Both the position numbers and the translations under genes were made by a program. The notes below the pieces were generated by a model, which was given only the letters and a program-made list of their open reading frames with translations, was not told the DNA's origin and did no database searches. 64,000 bases of DNA from Acidimicrobiia bacterium. GTDB lineage: Bacteria; Actinomycetota; Acidimicrobiia; Spongiisociales; Spongiisociaceae. Of this stretch, positions 19,391 to 30,345 are shown piece after piece. The stretch spans positions 2,747,351 to 2,811,350 of the forward strand of contig OZ246890.1 of assembly GCA_965231815.1 (NCBI GenBank), given 5' to 3'. Every line of letters starts with the position of its first letter. Position 1 is the first letter of the stretch.

Positions 19391-20539
19391 TTGGATAGTA
19401 GGATCGAACTCGTGGAATCCCTACCCGTTGACCGTGACAGAATGCCTGCCTGGATTCCGAGGCTGCTCGGTCTGGTAGTAGCAACGGTCCTGGGCGCCCT
19501 GGCTCTGGTATGGGTGCTCGGCCGGTTGCGCAGCCTCCTGCTGGTGCTGCTCCTGTCTTTCTTCATATCTTTCGCCCTAGAGCCCGGAGTTACCTTCCTG
19601 GCTAAACGTGGTTGGCGACGAGGGTTGGCAACCGCGGTCGTTTTCTCGTTGACGCTGCTAGCCGGGCTGCTCTTCGTGGCTGTGACCCTTCCACCCCTGG
19701 TGGGTGAGATAGCATCCCTGGCTTCCAACGTTCCCGATTGGCTGCGGACCGGAACCGAGTACGTGTCCGAACGGTTCGGAGTGGAGATCAACCTCGCCAA
19801 CCTGTCAACAGATGTCAGCGACCTGCAGGGAACCCTCCAGACATATGCGGCCTCTCTGGCGACAGGGATCCTTGGTCTCGGAGGCAAGGTGCTGGGATTG
19901 GTGGTGCAGTTGTTCACCATGGCTCTCTTCACGTTCTACCTGCTTGCCGACGGTCCCCGATTCCGTCGGCTGATCCTTTCCCTGTTCCGTCCCGAACGGC
20001 AGGCCGAGGTGGTTCACATCTGGGAGATCGCTATCCAGAAAACCGGCGGTTACGTTTTCTCCCGGGCTCTGCTGGCGCTCGTTTCTTCCATCTTCACTTA
20101 TGTAGCCCTTCTGATTATCGGTGTCCCCTTCCCCCTTGCTCTGGGGATCTGGGTCGGGGTGATATCCCAGTTCATCCCAGCCGTTGGAACCTACATCGCG
20201 GCAGTGGTCCCCATCATGGTCGCTCTGACTGTCAGCCCGCTAACGGCCCTGATCGTGATCGTGGTGTTGGTCGTCTACCAGCAGTTGGAAAACATCGTCC
20301 TGGCGCCCCGCATCACGGCTCGGACCATGGCGCTTCATCCGGCGACAGCCTTCGGTTCGGTCCTCGTAGGTACGGCTCTGCTCGGAGTGGTGGGAGCATT
20401 GGTGGCTCTACCGGCCGCGGCCATCATCCAAGCCTTCATCTCGACCTACGTGGAGCGACACGACGTCGATCAGCCTGATGTGGATGAACCGTTAACCGGT
20501 GTCGGGACGCCTGCTGAGGCCGAGGTCCGGGAGTCCTGA
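19391..20539 (+). CDS. AI-2E (PerM) family transporter
   Basis: Multiple TMs, FIPAVG, YQQLENIVLAPR, LHPA, ALPAAA. Confidence 0.9.
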   Translation: MDSRIELVESLPVDRDRMPAWIPRLLGLVVATVLGALALVWVLGRLRSLLLVLLLSFFISFALEPGVTFLAKRGWRRGLATAVVFSLTLLAGLLFVAVTLPPLVGEIASLASNVPDWLRTGTEYVSERFGVEINLANLSTDVSDLQGTLQTYAASLATGILGLGGKVLGLVVQLFTMALFTFYLLADGPRFRRLILSLFRPERQAEVVHIWEIAIQKTGGYVFSRALLALVSSIFTYVALLIIGVPFPLALGIWVGVISQFIPAVGTYIAAVVPIMVALTVSPLTALIVIVVLVVYQQLENIVLAPRITARTMALHPATAFGSVLVGTALLGVVGALVALPAAAIIQAFISTYVERHDVDQPDVDEPLTGVGTPAEAEVRES

Positions 20540-20674
20540 ACCACTACCTCTCTATAAACCAATGGATCTCCCTGAGTAGACCTTTTCCCCTCTCGCTCCA
20601 AGATGCGAGGGCCGTCGATCCTCCCGTAGTCTGTTAATATAGGACATACGTCCCTTTGTAAAGGAATTACGGAC

Positions 20675-21790
20675 ATGCTGTTTCAACCTCCCCGTCCGGA
20701 CGATCTGGAGACCCATGTGATTGAGTCGATCGCGCAGGTCCGACGGGACCTCCGCCATCTACTCTACGAACCCCGTCGATGGCACGGATTGCTCCGGAGG
20801 TTGGTAGCAGCCGGGAATACACGTGCCTCAACGGGCATTGAGGGGCACCACGTAAGCCACGACGACGCAGGTGCGGCCGTGGATGGGGCAGAGCCATTCG
20901 AAGCGACCGGCAATGATTGGGACGCAGTTCGTGGCTACCAAGAGGCTATGGACTACATCATCAATCTCTCGAGGGATCCCCACTTCATCTACAGCGACGG
21001 GTTGATACGCAGCATCCACTACATGATGATGAAGCATGATTCTCAATGCCTGCCCGGCATGTATCGACCGGGTGCCATCTTCGTCGGTCAGTACGAGGGT
21101 CCCCGGTCCGAAGTTGCGCCCGGTCTGGTCCGTGAACTCATGGCTTCCCTGAACGAAGAGGATGAAACGACTCCATTACCGGTTCGGGCCGCAATGGCAC
21201 ACCTTAACCTGCTGATGATCCACCCATTCAAGGATGGAAACGGTAGGATGTCACGAGCACTCCAGACTCTGGTACTCGGACGGGATGGAATCCTCGACCC
21301 CCGTTTTTCGAGTATCGAAGAGTACCTGGGGTACAACACGGCTGCTTACTATCGGACCCTCGCCGAGGTCGGGGGAAGTTGTTGGAACCCTGAAAGAGAC
21401 ACCCGGCCGTGGATCCGTTTCATCCTTACCGCCCATCACTTCCAGGCTCATCAGATGGCGTGGAGGGTGAAGCAAGCCGATCAGGTGTGGGCGTCGATCT
21501 CGCAGCTGAGGTCTCAGAGCGGTCTGCACGAGAGGAACATGGGCTCAATGTACAACGCGGCTGTTGGGTTCCGGGTGCGTAGGTCCGACCATATCGACTA
21601 CGCAGAGGTGAGCGATCGGGTAGCAACACGCGACCTGAGGAAACTGGTTGAAGCAGGCTTCCTGCAGGCGGTGGGAGAGAAGCGCGGACGGTACTACGTG
21701 GCTACCCCGTTGCTTCCCTCGTTGGCGGATAGGAAGCCCCCCGCGATAGATGACCCTTTCAGTCCGCACAGCAACTCGGATCTTGCCTGA
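20675..21790 (+). CDS. Fic family protein with C-terminal HTH-like region
   Basis: Canonical HPFKDGNGRMSR motif, STGIEG, ATRDLRKLVEAG. Confidence 0.92.
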   Translation: MLFQPPRPDDLETHVIESIAQVRRDLRHLLYEPRRWHGLLRRLVAAGNTRASTGIEGHHVSHDDAGAAVDGAEPFEATGNDWDAVRGYQEAMDYIINLSRDPHFIYSDGLIRSIHYMMMKHDSQCLPGMYRPGAIFVGQYEGPRSEVAPGLVRELMASLNEEDETTPLPVRAAMAHLNLLMIHPFKDGNGRMSRALQTLVLGRDGILDPRFSSIEEYLGYNTAAYYRTLAEVGGSCWNPERDTRPWIRFILTAHHFQAHQMAWRVKQADQVWASISQLRSQSGLHERNMGSMYNAAVGFRVRRSDHIDYAEVSDRVATRDLRKLVEAGFLQAVGEKRGRYYVATPLLPSLADRKPPAIDDPFSPHSNSDLA

Positions 21791-21874
21791 AGGCCCACAG
21801 GCAAGCAGGTGGAGGAAAAATGAGTTAGATCGTTAAACCCTAAGAATGACGTGACAATAGCCTGAGCACCGTTC

Positions 21875-22051
21875 CTAACGTAAGATGGCGATAGTCAGCC
21901 CGGCGACGGCTAGGTTGAATCCGATGATCCAAAAGGCGATCTGGATGATGCGCCGTTCAAGCGAGTGCACCGACTCCGCGATGTCGGTTCGGACCTCCGC
22001 CTGGCGGGCTTCGTCTTTCGCGTCCACAAGTCCTTCGGTCACTACAGTCAT
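21875..22051 (-). CDS. 58-aa small protein, coiled coil plus C-terminal TM (not in the ORF track)
   Basis: Manual translation MTVVTEGLVDAKDEARQAEVRTDIAESVHSLERRIIQIAFWIIGFNLAVAGLTIAILR; GAGGAG RBS; AT-rich upstream region. Confidence 0.6.
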   Translation of the reverse strand: MTVVTEGLVDAKDEARQAEVRTDIAESVHSLERRIIQIAFWIIGFNLAVAGLTIAILR

Positions 22052-22338
22052 GGAGGACTCCTCTTGCTTGCGTCCTACTATAGTTGTGTATAGAATATAT
22101 TAACATACTTTATAGTTATCAACTACGGCCAACTAATCATCGTCCTCACCAATCGACAATCCTAACTCCTCCCGTGGAGAGGCCGCAGGATTCGGAGATC
22201 CCTTCGCACGTAGGAGGTGGTTGAATCCAAAACTCCACGTCGGTCGTCTGTCGCCGGCAATCCGGGGGAGAGTGGCCGGATTCACTCTCCACGCACACCT
22301 GTTCTACTGTTGCCTTGAACGAGCAGGAAGGATGAGTC

Positions 22339-22554
22339 GTGGCGCAATTCGATATGGACGCGATGCTCGATCGATTCCGCGATCGAGCCGAGGCGGTACG
22401 CAAGCGGGGTCTGCCACCGGTGGCGGGCGAGGGGAGGAGAGCCTTCATAGAGCAGGCAGAACGGGACTATACGGACTTCGCTTTGATAGGAAACGCCGCT
22501 TGGGCCGTGGAGGATGATCACTTGGTCCTGCGTATCCCGCTCGCGGGTGGTTAA
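22339..22554 (+). CDS. Small hypothetical protein
   Basis: 71-aa ORF with AGGAAGGA upstream, ending 2 bp before the next gene. Confidence 0.7.
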   Translation: MAQFDMDAMLDRFRDRAEAVRKRGLPPVAGEGRRAFIEQAERDYTDFALIGNAAWAVEDDHLVLRIPLAGG

Positions 22555-22556
22555 CC

Positions 22557-23297
22557 ATGGACTTCACCGGTTGGATCGAGGGTCTTCGTACGGAAGGTGT
22601 GCGGATGGCCGACGTGACCGAACAGTTAAGTCCTGACGAGTCGGCGCCGAGTTGTCCGGAATGGACGGTACGCGACCTGCTACGCCATACCGGATGGGTA
22701 CATCGCTGGGCGTCGCTCATGATATCGAAAGGCCTGACGGAACCGCCGAACGACCCCAAACAGATCGTTCCTGACGGATGGCCCGCCGACTCGAGGCTGG
22801 CCGACTGGTTCCGGGAGGGACACGAGCGACTGGTACAGGCTCTGGAAACCGCACCGGTCGACCTCCGCTGCTGGACGATCATGAACACCCCCGGTCCACG
22901 GGACTTCTGGGCCCGGCGCCAGGCGCACGAAACCGCTATCCATCGAGTCGACGCTGAACTGGCGGCCGGTAGCCTTACCGGTTTCGATCCGGCATTTGCC
23001 GCGGATGGTATCGACGAACTCATCGTATGGTTCATTAGCCGTCCCGGACGCGCTCCTACCGCCCCGACGGACATGACCCTGGCAATACGGGCCACAGACG
23101 TGGGCCGAGCTTGGACTGCAACATTCGGACCGGAGTCCGCCCATGGACGTCGGGGGATGCACCAGGCGGACTGCACGGTGTCAGGCGACGCGTCAGACCT
23201 GTATACAGGTCTATGGAGCCGCACCCGAGTGGACGAACTTCAGGTTGAAGGTGACAGGGCGGTGTTCGGGCATTGGAGAGAGTCAAGCGCGTTCTGA
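22557..23297 (+). CDS. Maleylpyruvate isomerase family mycothiol-dependent enzyme (MDMPI/DinB-like)
   Basis: [36 protein letters not shown]. Confidence 0.9.
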   Translation: MDFTGWIEGLRTEGVRMADVTEQLSPDESAPSCPEWTVRDLLRHTGWVHRWASLMISKGLTEPPNDPKQIVPDGWPADSRLADWFREGHERLVQALETAPVDLRCWTIMNTPGPRDFWARRQAHETAIHRVDAELAAGSLTGFDPAFAADGIDELIVWFISRPGRAPTAPTDMTLAIRATDVGRAWTATFGPESAHGRRGMHQADCTVSGDASDLYTGLWSRTRVDELQVEGDRAVFGHWRESSAF

Positions 23298-23385
23298 CAT
23301 GGTCGGCGGAACAGGCGCAACCCATTGTCACAAGATCCCGAGCGTGGCAACTAAGTTTATTCGAGGACCATACTTCGGAGGGGTG

Positions 23386-24183
23386 ATGCAGCAATACCTG
23401 GACTTGCTGGAAGAGGTCAGGGAGCGCGGAATCTTCAAGGAAGACCGCACCGGGACCGGGACCTACAGCCTGTTCGGACGGCAGATCCGTTTTAGCCTCG
23501 ATGAGGGTTTCCCTCTGCTGACCACCAAGAAGGTCCATGTTCGTTCGGTCATCCACGAGTTGCTCTGGTTCCTGTCGGGCGATTCGAACGTGGCCTACTT
23601 GAACCGGAATGGGGTGTCGATCTGGGACGAGTGGGCCGATCCCGTCACCGGCGATCTCGGGCCGGTATACGGCGTGCAATGGCGCTCATGGAAGGGGGCC
23701 GACGGGCGTACCATCGATCAGTTGACCGACGTGGTCGACCGTATCAGGACCACCCCCCATTCCCGGCGCCTGGTGGTTTCGGCTTGGAACGTTCCCGACC
23801 TTCCACATATGGCGCTGCCTCCATGCCATGTTTTATTCCAGTTCTACGTGACCGGTGATCGGCTGAGCCTCCAGCTATACCAGCGGAGCGCCGATATATT
23901 TCTCGGGGTTCCGTTCAATATCGCTTCTTACGCGCTGCTCCTCATGATGGTGGCGCGGGTCACAGGAAAGAGGGCCGGGGAGTTCATCCACACTTTCGGG
24001 GATGTCCATCTCTACCGGAACCATCTCGACCAGGCCGACCTCCAGCTGGCGCGAGCCCCCAAGCCGCCGCCTCGTGTGGAACTCGCCGCAGGTCCATCCG
24101 ACCTTTACTCCTTTGCTTATGAGGACTTTAGGGTGGTGAACTACGATCCCTACCCGGCCATTCCCGCCCCCGTAGCTGTCTAG
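23386..24183 (+). CDS. thyA: Thymidylate synthase
   Basis: [33 protein letters not shown]. Confidence 0.97.
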   Translation: MQQYLDLLEEVRERGIFKEDRTGTGTYSLFGRQIRFSLDEGFPLLTTKKVHVRSVIHELLWFLSGDSNVAYLNRNGVSIWDEWADPVTGDLGPVYGVQWRSWKGADGRTIDQLTDVVDRIRTTPHSRRLVVSAWNVPDLPHMALPPCHVLFQFYVTGDRLSLQLYQRSADIFLGVPFNIASYALLLMMVARVTGKRAGEFIHTFGDVHLYRNHLDQADLQLARAPKPPPRVELAAGPSDLYSFAYEDFRVVNYDPYPAIPAPVAV

Positions 24184-24292
24184 GAGGGTGCTGAGAAACC
24201 CCGCACAAAGGGCTCCAGCCGCTAACCCGCAACTCTCTGACCAGACGGTTTGCCGACTACCGAACCCGTAAGATTCGTTTTTAGGGACCCTC
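24184..24292 (+). mobile_element. MITE copy 2, directly after the thyA TAG stop
   Basis: GAGGGTGCTGAGAAAC...TTTTTAGGGACCCTC, flanked CTAG/CTAA. Confidence 0.8.
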
Positions 24293-24416
24293 CTAAACCG
24301 GCCTTCTGGAGAGAACCTTCGGATTCCCGGATCCGGTTTTGGTTAACCGGGATCAACCGGAGACGGGTGGGGATCGGTTGGCGCCCGAAGGTCGATCACC
24401 TTCCTAAGATGGCCGT

Positions 24417-24737
24417 GTGCTAACTCTGTTGAAAGCTCTCCGAGGGTTTCTCGTCCTGGTTGCCCTGCTGCTGTCTATCGTGCCACCGGCCTTTCTAGTG
24501 GATTTGCTTAATGGCGGAACCGGATACGGGCTATGTCCCGAGGGCTTGGCAAGTTGCAGCACGGCTTACCTGGCCGGACCGACCTTCGCCCTAAGAATCC
24601 TCGGTGGGCTGTTGCTGGTCATGGTGGGAATCCGGCTGCTCTCACGTATCATCAGCCAGATAGAAACCAGCCACCTGTGGGACCAGGTAGCCGACTACTA
24701 CGACACCTTGCGGGAGGAAACCACAACCGAGCCGTAA
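24417..24737 (+). CDS. Hypothetical two-TM membrane protein
   Basis: Two hydrophobic segments with a Cys pair in the loop. Confidence 0.6.
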   Translation: MLTLLKALRGFLVLVALLLSIVPPAFLVDLLNGGTGYGLCPEGLASCSTAYLAGPTFALRILGGLLLVMVGIRLLSRIISQIETSHLWDQVADYYDTLREETTTEP

Positions 24738-24777
24738 CCAGACCTGATGATTCCTTTGGACCCGACGATGTGTCAGC

Positions 24778-25287
24778 TTATTCGGACATTTCTCCGGTGC
24801 CGCTTGACCCTTCCATCAACTCGGCGACAGTGTGGCTCACCAGATACAGACCTGAGGCGGTTACAGAAGCAGCGCCGTCACCGGCGTCGAGTTCACCGCT
24901 GATCGTCAACCTGCGACCGCGACGTTCCTCCACCCGGGCTCGTAGCCGGATCGGTCCCTGCAGGTTTCTGACCGGCCGGCCGTAGCGAAGCTGGAGGCGA
25001 GCCGTCACCGTCAGCACCTTTTCCTGAATGATGCCCGCCCATACCAAGATCTCGTCCAGAGCCGTAGCTGCGATCCCACCGTGCAGATGGTTGATAAGGC
25101 CCTGCAGGTCAGGTCTGGCCACAAAACGCGCCAGCACATCGCCGTCCCGTTCCGTGAAATCATCAATATGAAGGCCGATCGGGTTGGCCAACCCGCACGC
25201 GAAGCATCCGTTCCCGGTGTGTTCCCGGAGCCGGTCGACTATCAGGGAGATAGGAACCGTGTCGTCAGCCAAACCGGACAATCCCAC
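24778..25287 (-). CDS. PaaI family (hotdog-fold) thioesterase
   Basis: CFACGLANPIGL, HGGIAATALDE, VTARLQLRY. Confidence 0.88.
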   Translation of the reverse strand: MGLSGLADDTVPISLIVDRLREHTGNGCFACGLANPIGLHIDDFTERDGDVLARFVARPDLQGLINHLHGGIAATALDEILVWAGIIQEKVLTVTARLQLRYGRPVRNLQGPIRLRARVEERRGRRLTISGELDAGDGAASVTASGLYLVSHTVAELMEGSSGTGEMSE

Positions 25288-25831
25288 CCTCCAGGGAAGC
25301 GATGCTCACCACTGCCCAAACCGGCCATCCCCGGGCTTCCAGTAATCGTCGCCCGCCCGTCCACGCCTTTTCGATAACGAATACGGCGCCCAGCATCCGG
25401 CAACCCAGTTCCTCGATGATCTCGCCGAGGGCAAGGGCGGTTCGTCCTTGAGCCAGGAAGTCGTCAACCACCACGACCCTCCGGCCGGGTTTGAGAACCC
25501 GGCGTCGGATCTCGATCGTGTACTCGAAACCCTTGGTAGCGGAGGCGACCTCCCGACTCACGGCCTGTCTGGGACCGGGCAAGACGTATTTCTTGGCGTA
25601 GACCATCGGTACTCTCATCTCGATTGCCGCGGCTAGGGATGGGGCTATACCACCGGCTTCAGAGGTCACGAGCACCTCCGGACGCAAGGGAGCGGCTATC
25701 TCAGCGACTCTCCGTCCTACTTCCTCCATGAAGGCCGGGTCCACCCGATGGTTGAGGAAGGTATCGACATTGATGATCTCACCGCTTACGGTCGCCTTTT
25801 CGTTGATGTAGTCGCCAATGTTCATCGTCAT
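25265..25831 (-). CDS. xpt: Xanthine phosphoribosyltransferase
   Basis: VDTFLNHRVDP, TSEAGGIAP, VVVDDFLAQG, VIEK. Confidence 0.88.
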   Translation of the reverse strand: MTMNIGDYINEKATVSGEIINVDTFLNHRVDPAFMEEVGRRVAEIAAPLRPEVLVTSEAGGIAPSLAAAIEMRVPMVYAKKYVLPGPRQAVSREVASATKGFEYTIEIRRRVLKPGRRVVVVDDFLAQGRTALALGEIIEELGCRMLGAVFVIEKAWTGGRRLLEARGWPVWAVVSIASLEGGIVRFG

Positions 25832-25965
25832 GGCAACGTTACCCGACCGGATGGGCCCGATTATTCATGGATGGAGGTTTGGAGGATGAAATGGAGTAGA
25901 CCGTATTCGCGTCCTGACCGGGAAATGCAGCTATCGGTGTTTTCCATCCCGCCCGGTAGAGAGAT

Positions 25966-26655
25966 TCACCTGTCCGGTGAACGCGTCTTGGGTTCAAAGG
26001 GACACAGGTTCCTGATGTCACACTGCCAGCAACGCGGCCGCCGCGATTCGCATATGTCCCGGCCGAACTGGATGATACGCATGGAGAGTCGCCTCCATTC
26101 GTGCCTCGGCACCAACGCCTTCAGGTCCTGCTCGATCTTCACCGGATCGGTCTCTCGGGTGAGGTTGAGACGGTTGGTAATCCTTTTGACATGGGTGTCG
26201 ACCGCAATGGCGGGCTGTCCGAAGGCTTCCGCCAGAACCACCGAAGCAGTCTTGCGACCCACGCCCCTCAGGGTAACCAACTCGGCCATTTCTCCTGGTA
26301 CGACCCCTTCGTAGTGATCGACCAGATCCTGGGACAAACTGATAATCGAGCGGGTCTTCTGCCGGTAGAAACCGGTGGAGAAGATCACCTTTTCTACTTC
26401 CTCGGGATTGGCGTCGGCCAGATCCTCGGGATCAGGCCACCGAGCGAACAATCCGGGAGTAGCTCGGTTCACATTCTCGTCCGTAGTCTGAGCGGAAATA
26501 ACGGTCGAGACCAGCAACTCGAAGGGGTTGGTGTAGTTCAACGCGGTGCCGATATCCGGATACCGGCGCGCCAGACGGTTGACTACGCGCCTGGCAAAGC
26601 CCCTCTCCCCGGGAGTGGGTACCGTACCGTTCGCCCGCTTCTCGCCTCGTGCCAT
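25966..26655 (-). CDS. nth: Endonuclease III
   Basis: SAQTTD, LRGVGRKTA HhH, VDTHV, CESRRPRCWQCDIRNLC 4Fe-4S motif. Confidence 0.96.
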   Translation of the reverse strand: MARGEKRANGTVPTPGERGFARRVVNRLARRYPDIGTALNYTNPFELLVSTVISAQTTDENVNRATPGLFARWPDPEDLADANPEEVEKVIFSTGFYRQKTRSIISLSQDLVDHYEGVVPGEMAELVTLRGVGRKTASVVLAEAFGQPAIAVDTHVKRITNRLNLTRETDPVKIEQDLKALVPRHEWRRLSMRIIQFGRDICESRRPRCWQCDIRNLCPFEPKTRSPDR

Positions 26656-26747
26656 GTAGATCAGAGACTAACCCTGATTCCGAACCCCTGACCGCTACAC
26701 GGCGGTATACATCCGTGTCCGTAGCCGGTCATAAGCTATCGGTGGGC

Positions 26748-28031
26748 ATGTTTCGGGTAAATGACGACGACCGGGTAATCCTGAGGCTGGCGGTTCCGGC
26801 CTTCGGAGCGCTGGCCGCCGAACCGCTCGTCGCGCTGGTGGATACGGCGTTTGTAGGCCGACTGGGGGAGGAACCCCTGGCTGCTCTAGGGGTCGTGACA
26901 TCGTTACTCGGCTTGGCTTTCTTCGTTTTTGTCGCTCTGGCGTATGCCAGTACACCGTTGTTGGCCCGGGCAATCGGAGAAGGAAATCACTCTCGGGCCG
27001 AGGTGCTAACCGGCCAGGTATTGATGATCGCCCTCATGCTGGTGGTGATCGGCGTAGTGGTGTTCGAAACGGCGCCGACCGGATTGGTGCGGTTGATGGG
27101 CGCCGACCCCGAAGTGGAAGCCTTGGCTGTTTCCTACCTGCGTATCCGAGGGCTCGGCCTCCCCGGAATCCTGGCCGTCACGGTCGGGCATGCCATCTAC
27201 CGAGGTGTGGGTGATACCCGCACACCCATGTTCGTGAGCCTCGGCCTGAGTCTGGTCAACGCCATCCTCGACGCGGTGTTCATCCACTGGTTCGGGTGGG
27301 GATTGGCCGGAGCGGGCTTCGCCTCGGTGATAGCCCAGTCATCCGGCGGGGCAATTCTTGTTTACCTGATCCTGGCGGGTCGGACCGGTCTTACGGTAAG
27401 GTGGACGGCTCCCCGCGTTCGAGAAATGAGCGCCTTGATCGGAGCCGGTTCAGCGCTGTTCGTGCGCACCTTTGCTCTGGTTGCCACCTTCACGGTATCA
27501 ACCTCGGCAGCGGCGCGCCTGGGGGTCACCGAGGTGGCCGCCCACCATGTGGCGATCCAGATCTGGAGCCTCCTCTACATGGTGGTTGACTCGGTGGCGA
27601 TAGCCGCTCAGCACCTAGTCGCGACCCACCTGCCCAGCCACCGGGAAACCGCCGCCCGTCTCGCCAGACGCATGCTCGCCTGGGGAGTGATCTGGGGAAT
27701 CATGCTCGCGGTGATCTTCTGGGCCCTTCGATATGAGCTGCCCGGATGGCTTACCCATGAACCGTCGGTAGTGATCCTGGCCTCCTCGCTGATGCCTTTT
27801 GTGGCGGTTTCCCAGCCGCTGAACAGCGTGGTGTTCGTTCTCGACGGAATCATGATCGGCGCCGCGGATTTCCGATTCTTGGCAGTGGCCATGATCGGAG
27901 CTTCGTTGCTCACCAACGTGATGCTGGTCTCCGCCGGTTCTCTGAACGGAATATGGTGGGCGATCATGACCTTGATGGTGGCTCGTTTCGTTCCGCTCGG
28001 CTGGCGTTACTTGCGGATCATGGCTGATTGA
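26748..28031 (+). CDS. MATE family efflux transporter (DinF-like)
   Basis: AEPLVALVDTAFVGRLG, RGVGDTRTP, multiple TMs. Confidence 0.92.
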   Translation: MFRVNDDDRVILRLAVPAFGALAAEPLVALVDTAFVGRLGEEPLAALGVVTSLLGLAFFVFVALAYASTPLLARAIGEGNHSRAEVLTGQVLMIALMLVVIGVVVFETAPTGLVRLMGADPEVEALAVSYLRIRGLGLPGILAVTVGHAIYRGVGDTRTPMFVSLGLSLVNAILDAVFIHWFGWGLAGAGFASVIAQSSGGAILVYLILAGRTGLTVRWTAPRVREMSALIGAGSALFVRTFALVATFTVSTSAAARLGVTEVAAHHVAIQIWSLLYMVVDSVAIAAQHLVATHLPSHRETAARLARRMLAWGVIWGIMLAVIFWALRYELPGWLTHEPSVVILASSLMPFVAVSQPLNSVVFVLDGIMIGAADFRFLAVAMIGASLLTNVMLVSAGSLNGIWWAIMTLMVARFVPLGWRYLRIMAD

Positions 28032-28064
28032 TGGACTCGGTACAGTCACGCGGCGCGTCTCAGC

Positions 28065-29279
28065 TCAGCGCATAGGGCCGCCCAGGGTCTCCGGGATCAG
28101 GGTCTGTACGAACACAGCGAGCAGGACAGCCGACCCGAGCATGGCGACCGTCGCCGGTAGCCCCCAAAGGTCGATGGTGTAACCGGCGATGAACAGTCCG
28201 AGCATCGAACCGAGTACCGCGATTGCGTGCAACCATTGGGAGGCGGTGGTCCGCATGTCAGTGGGGAAGAGCTCGGTGCGTTGCGTTGCGCTCACCGGAT
28301 GGGCGATCGAACTCGCTAGAGCGGAGATGGTGGCTGCCGCCAGCAATAGGCGAGGACTGGACCACCAGTAGAAGGCTATCCCACCACCGATACCGGTGAC
28401 CAGCCCCATGACAATGGCCGGTTTGCGTCCTAGGGAATCGGCAAGGCGCCCTCCCAGGAAGAATCCGATACCGCCCACGGTTCCCCCCACCAGCATTATC
28501 CGAGCCGCATCAGAGGTGGCGAAGCCCAGTCCGTTAACCATGTGCTCGAAAGCGAAGGTGACGGCGACCGCGGAGAAGGCACTGACCAATAACCCGTAAA
28601 TCGCCACCAGCCAGAAACGACCGGCATAGCGGCCATAGAGTGGGGACAGGAAGCCAACCGGTCGGCGTGGTCGGCCGAAGAGCGGACTCTCCTCAACTTG
28701 GCTCTTCAACAAGAGGTACAGGGGCAAACCGAGTACCGCAATAGCGAACAGCCAACGCCAGCCTTGTTCGTCTAGTTGGGCAATGGGGAGAGCAACCAGT
28801 CCGGCGCCCGATCCGAGCGCCACGGCCGTCGTGTAAATGCTGATACCCCATGCCCGGTTGTCCCACCTCAGTTGCTCGGCAAGAAGGACTGTAGCCAGCA
28901 TGGCTGCCGCAGCCGCACCCATCCGGGCCAGTACCTGGAAGGCGACATAGATTGAAGGCGAGACCGCCACCGCGGTGGCGCCGGTAGCCAGGAGCAACAC
29001 CAGGTACGCGAAGAGGAACGGACCGCGACGTCCCCAGCGGTCCCCCAATACCGCGTAGACGACTGCTAGCAGCGCGCCGATCCGGGCTATCGCGAACAGG
29101 CGACTCATCTCGGAGCCGGTCAGGTCGAAAGCGATCCGTACGAACGGGAGCGTGTTCACGGCCTGCGTCTGGGCATAGCCCTGGAAGAGACCCGCCAGAT
29201 ACATCAACAAAAGCAGGCGGCGATCTTGGGGACGGAAACTCGCAACCGGCCCGAAAAGCCTCACCAGCCGCTTCAGCAT
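28065..29279 (-). CDS. MFS transporter
   Basis: LGDRWGRR and LADSLGRK motif A, ELFPT. Confidence 0.9.
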   Translation of the reverse strand: MLKRLVRLFGPVASFRPQDRRLLLLMYLAGLFQGYAQTQAVNTLPFVRIAFDLTGSEMSRLFAIARIGALLAVVYAVLGDRWGRRGPFLFAYLVLLLATGATAVAVSPSIYVAFQVLARMGAAAAAMLATVLLAEQLRWDNRAWGISIYTTAVALGSGAGLVALPIAQLDEQGWRWLFAIAVLGLPLYLLLKSQVEESPLFGRPRRPVGFLSPLYGRYAGRFWLVAIYGLLVSAFSAVAVTFAFEHMVNGLGFATSDAARIMLVGGTVGGIGFFLGGRLADSLGRKPAIVMGLVTGIGGGIAFYWWSSPRLLLAAATISALASSIAHPVSATQRTELFPTDMRTTASQWLHAIAVLGSMLGLFIAGYTIDLWGLPATVAMLGSAVLLAVFVQTLIPETLGGPMR

Positions 29280-29449
29280 GCTCGCACAGCGGACAGTTCC
29301 GGAAGGTGACGAGTGATACTTCGGCCCGAGGCGCCGCGGAGAGTCGGAGTCGCGTGGGCCATTTTCCGTAGACTAGCCCTGATTATTTATGTTTCCACAC
29401 GCTGCGGACATATCATGCCATAAGACGAGCAACGTCAGTGAGGAGGAAC

Positions 29450-30202
29450 ATGGAGCCAGCTAGCTTCCTGAGCGCTCTGGTGTTCGGCGTTCTTTCATTC
29501 GTGTCGCCGTGCGTTCTTCCACTGCTGCCCGGATATCTCGGATTGATGTCCGGTTACTCGGTCGTCGAACTCCAGGAGGGGAAGGCATCGAGCCTCCGGA
29601 TGCTGCGGGTCACCCTGCTGTTCGTCCTGGGGTTGACGATAGTGTTCGTGTCTCTGGGTGCGGGGGCCACCTCCATCTCCGGTATCTTGATCCGCAACAA
29701 GACCGTCATAACCCAAGTTGCCGGGTGGCTGATCGTGTTGTTCGGGTTGGTGATCCTGGCTATGGCACTGAGCAACTCACCATGGCTGGCCTTTCTCGCC
29801 AGGGAGAGGAGACTTGACTTCAAACCGTCCCGGATGGGCGCTTGGGCGCCCATCCTCATGGGAATGGCGTTCGGATTCGGATGGACCCCCTGCATCGGAC
29901 CGGTCCTCGCGGCCATCCTGACTCAGGCCGCCACCCAGGACACGGTGGTGAGAGGAATGTTCCTGCTGTTCCTGTTCTCGATGGGCATGGGCATTCCGTT
30001 TGTTATCGCCGGTTTGGGTGTTACCAAGCTGTATGCCGGAATCGGCCTGCTCCGACGTCACCTCCGGACGATCAACGTGATGTCCGGTCTATTGATGATC
30101 GTCTTCGGATGGTTGTTCATCACCGGGAGAATCACCGACCTGTCCAGCCTCATCAGCGAGTGGATGATCCGCCTCGGTCTGGAGAGGCTGGCGGAGATAT
30201 AG
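29450..30202 (+). CDS. ccdA: Cytochrome c biogenesis protein CcdA
   Basis: SFVSPCVLPLLP and GWTPCIGP motifs; AGGAGG RBS. Confidence 0.93.
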   Translation: MEPASFLSALVFGVLSFVSPCVLPLLPGYLGLMSGYSVVELQEGKASSLRMLRVTLLFVLGLTIVFVSLGAGATSISGILIRNKTVITQVAGWLIVLFGLVILAMALSNSPWLAFLARERRLDFKPSRMGAWAPILMGMAFGFGWTPCIGPVLAAILTQAATQDTVVRGMFLLFLFSMGMGIPFVIAGLGVTKLYAGIGLLRRHLRTINVMSGLLMIVFGWLFITGRITDLSSLISEWMIRLGLERLAEI

Positions 30203-30309
30203 GAGGCTGCTGAAACAGCCCGTGCAAAGAGGTTCGCGCCCTGTATCGGAGTATTCACCACGTAGTCTGCCGGACTGCGAATCCCGCTAGATCATTTCTT
30301 AGTACCCTC
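30203..30309 (+). mobile_element. MITE copy 3 (diverged), directly after the ccdA TAG stop
   Basis: GAGGCTGCTGAAAC...TTTCTTAGTACCCTC, flanked ATAG...ATAG; 107 bp. Confidence 0.65.
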
Positions 30310-30345
30310 ATAGCAACCGGTAAACGGGCGTCCGATAGGAGGAAG

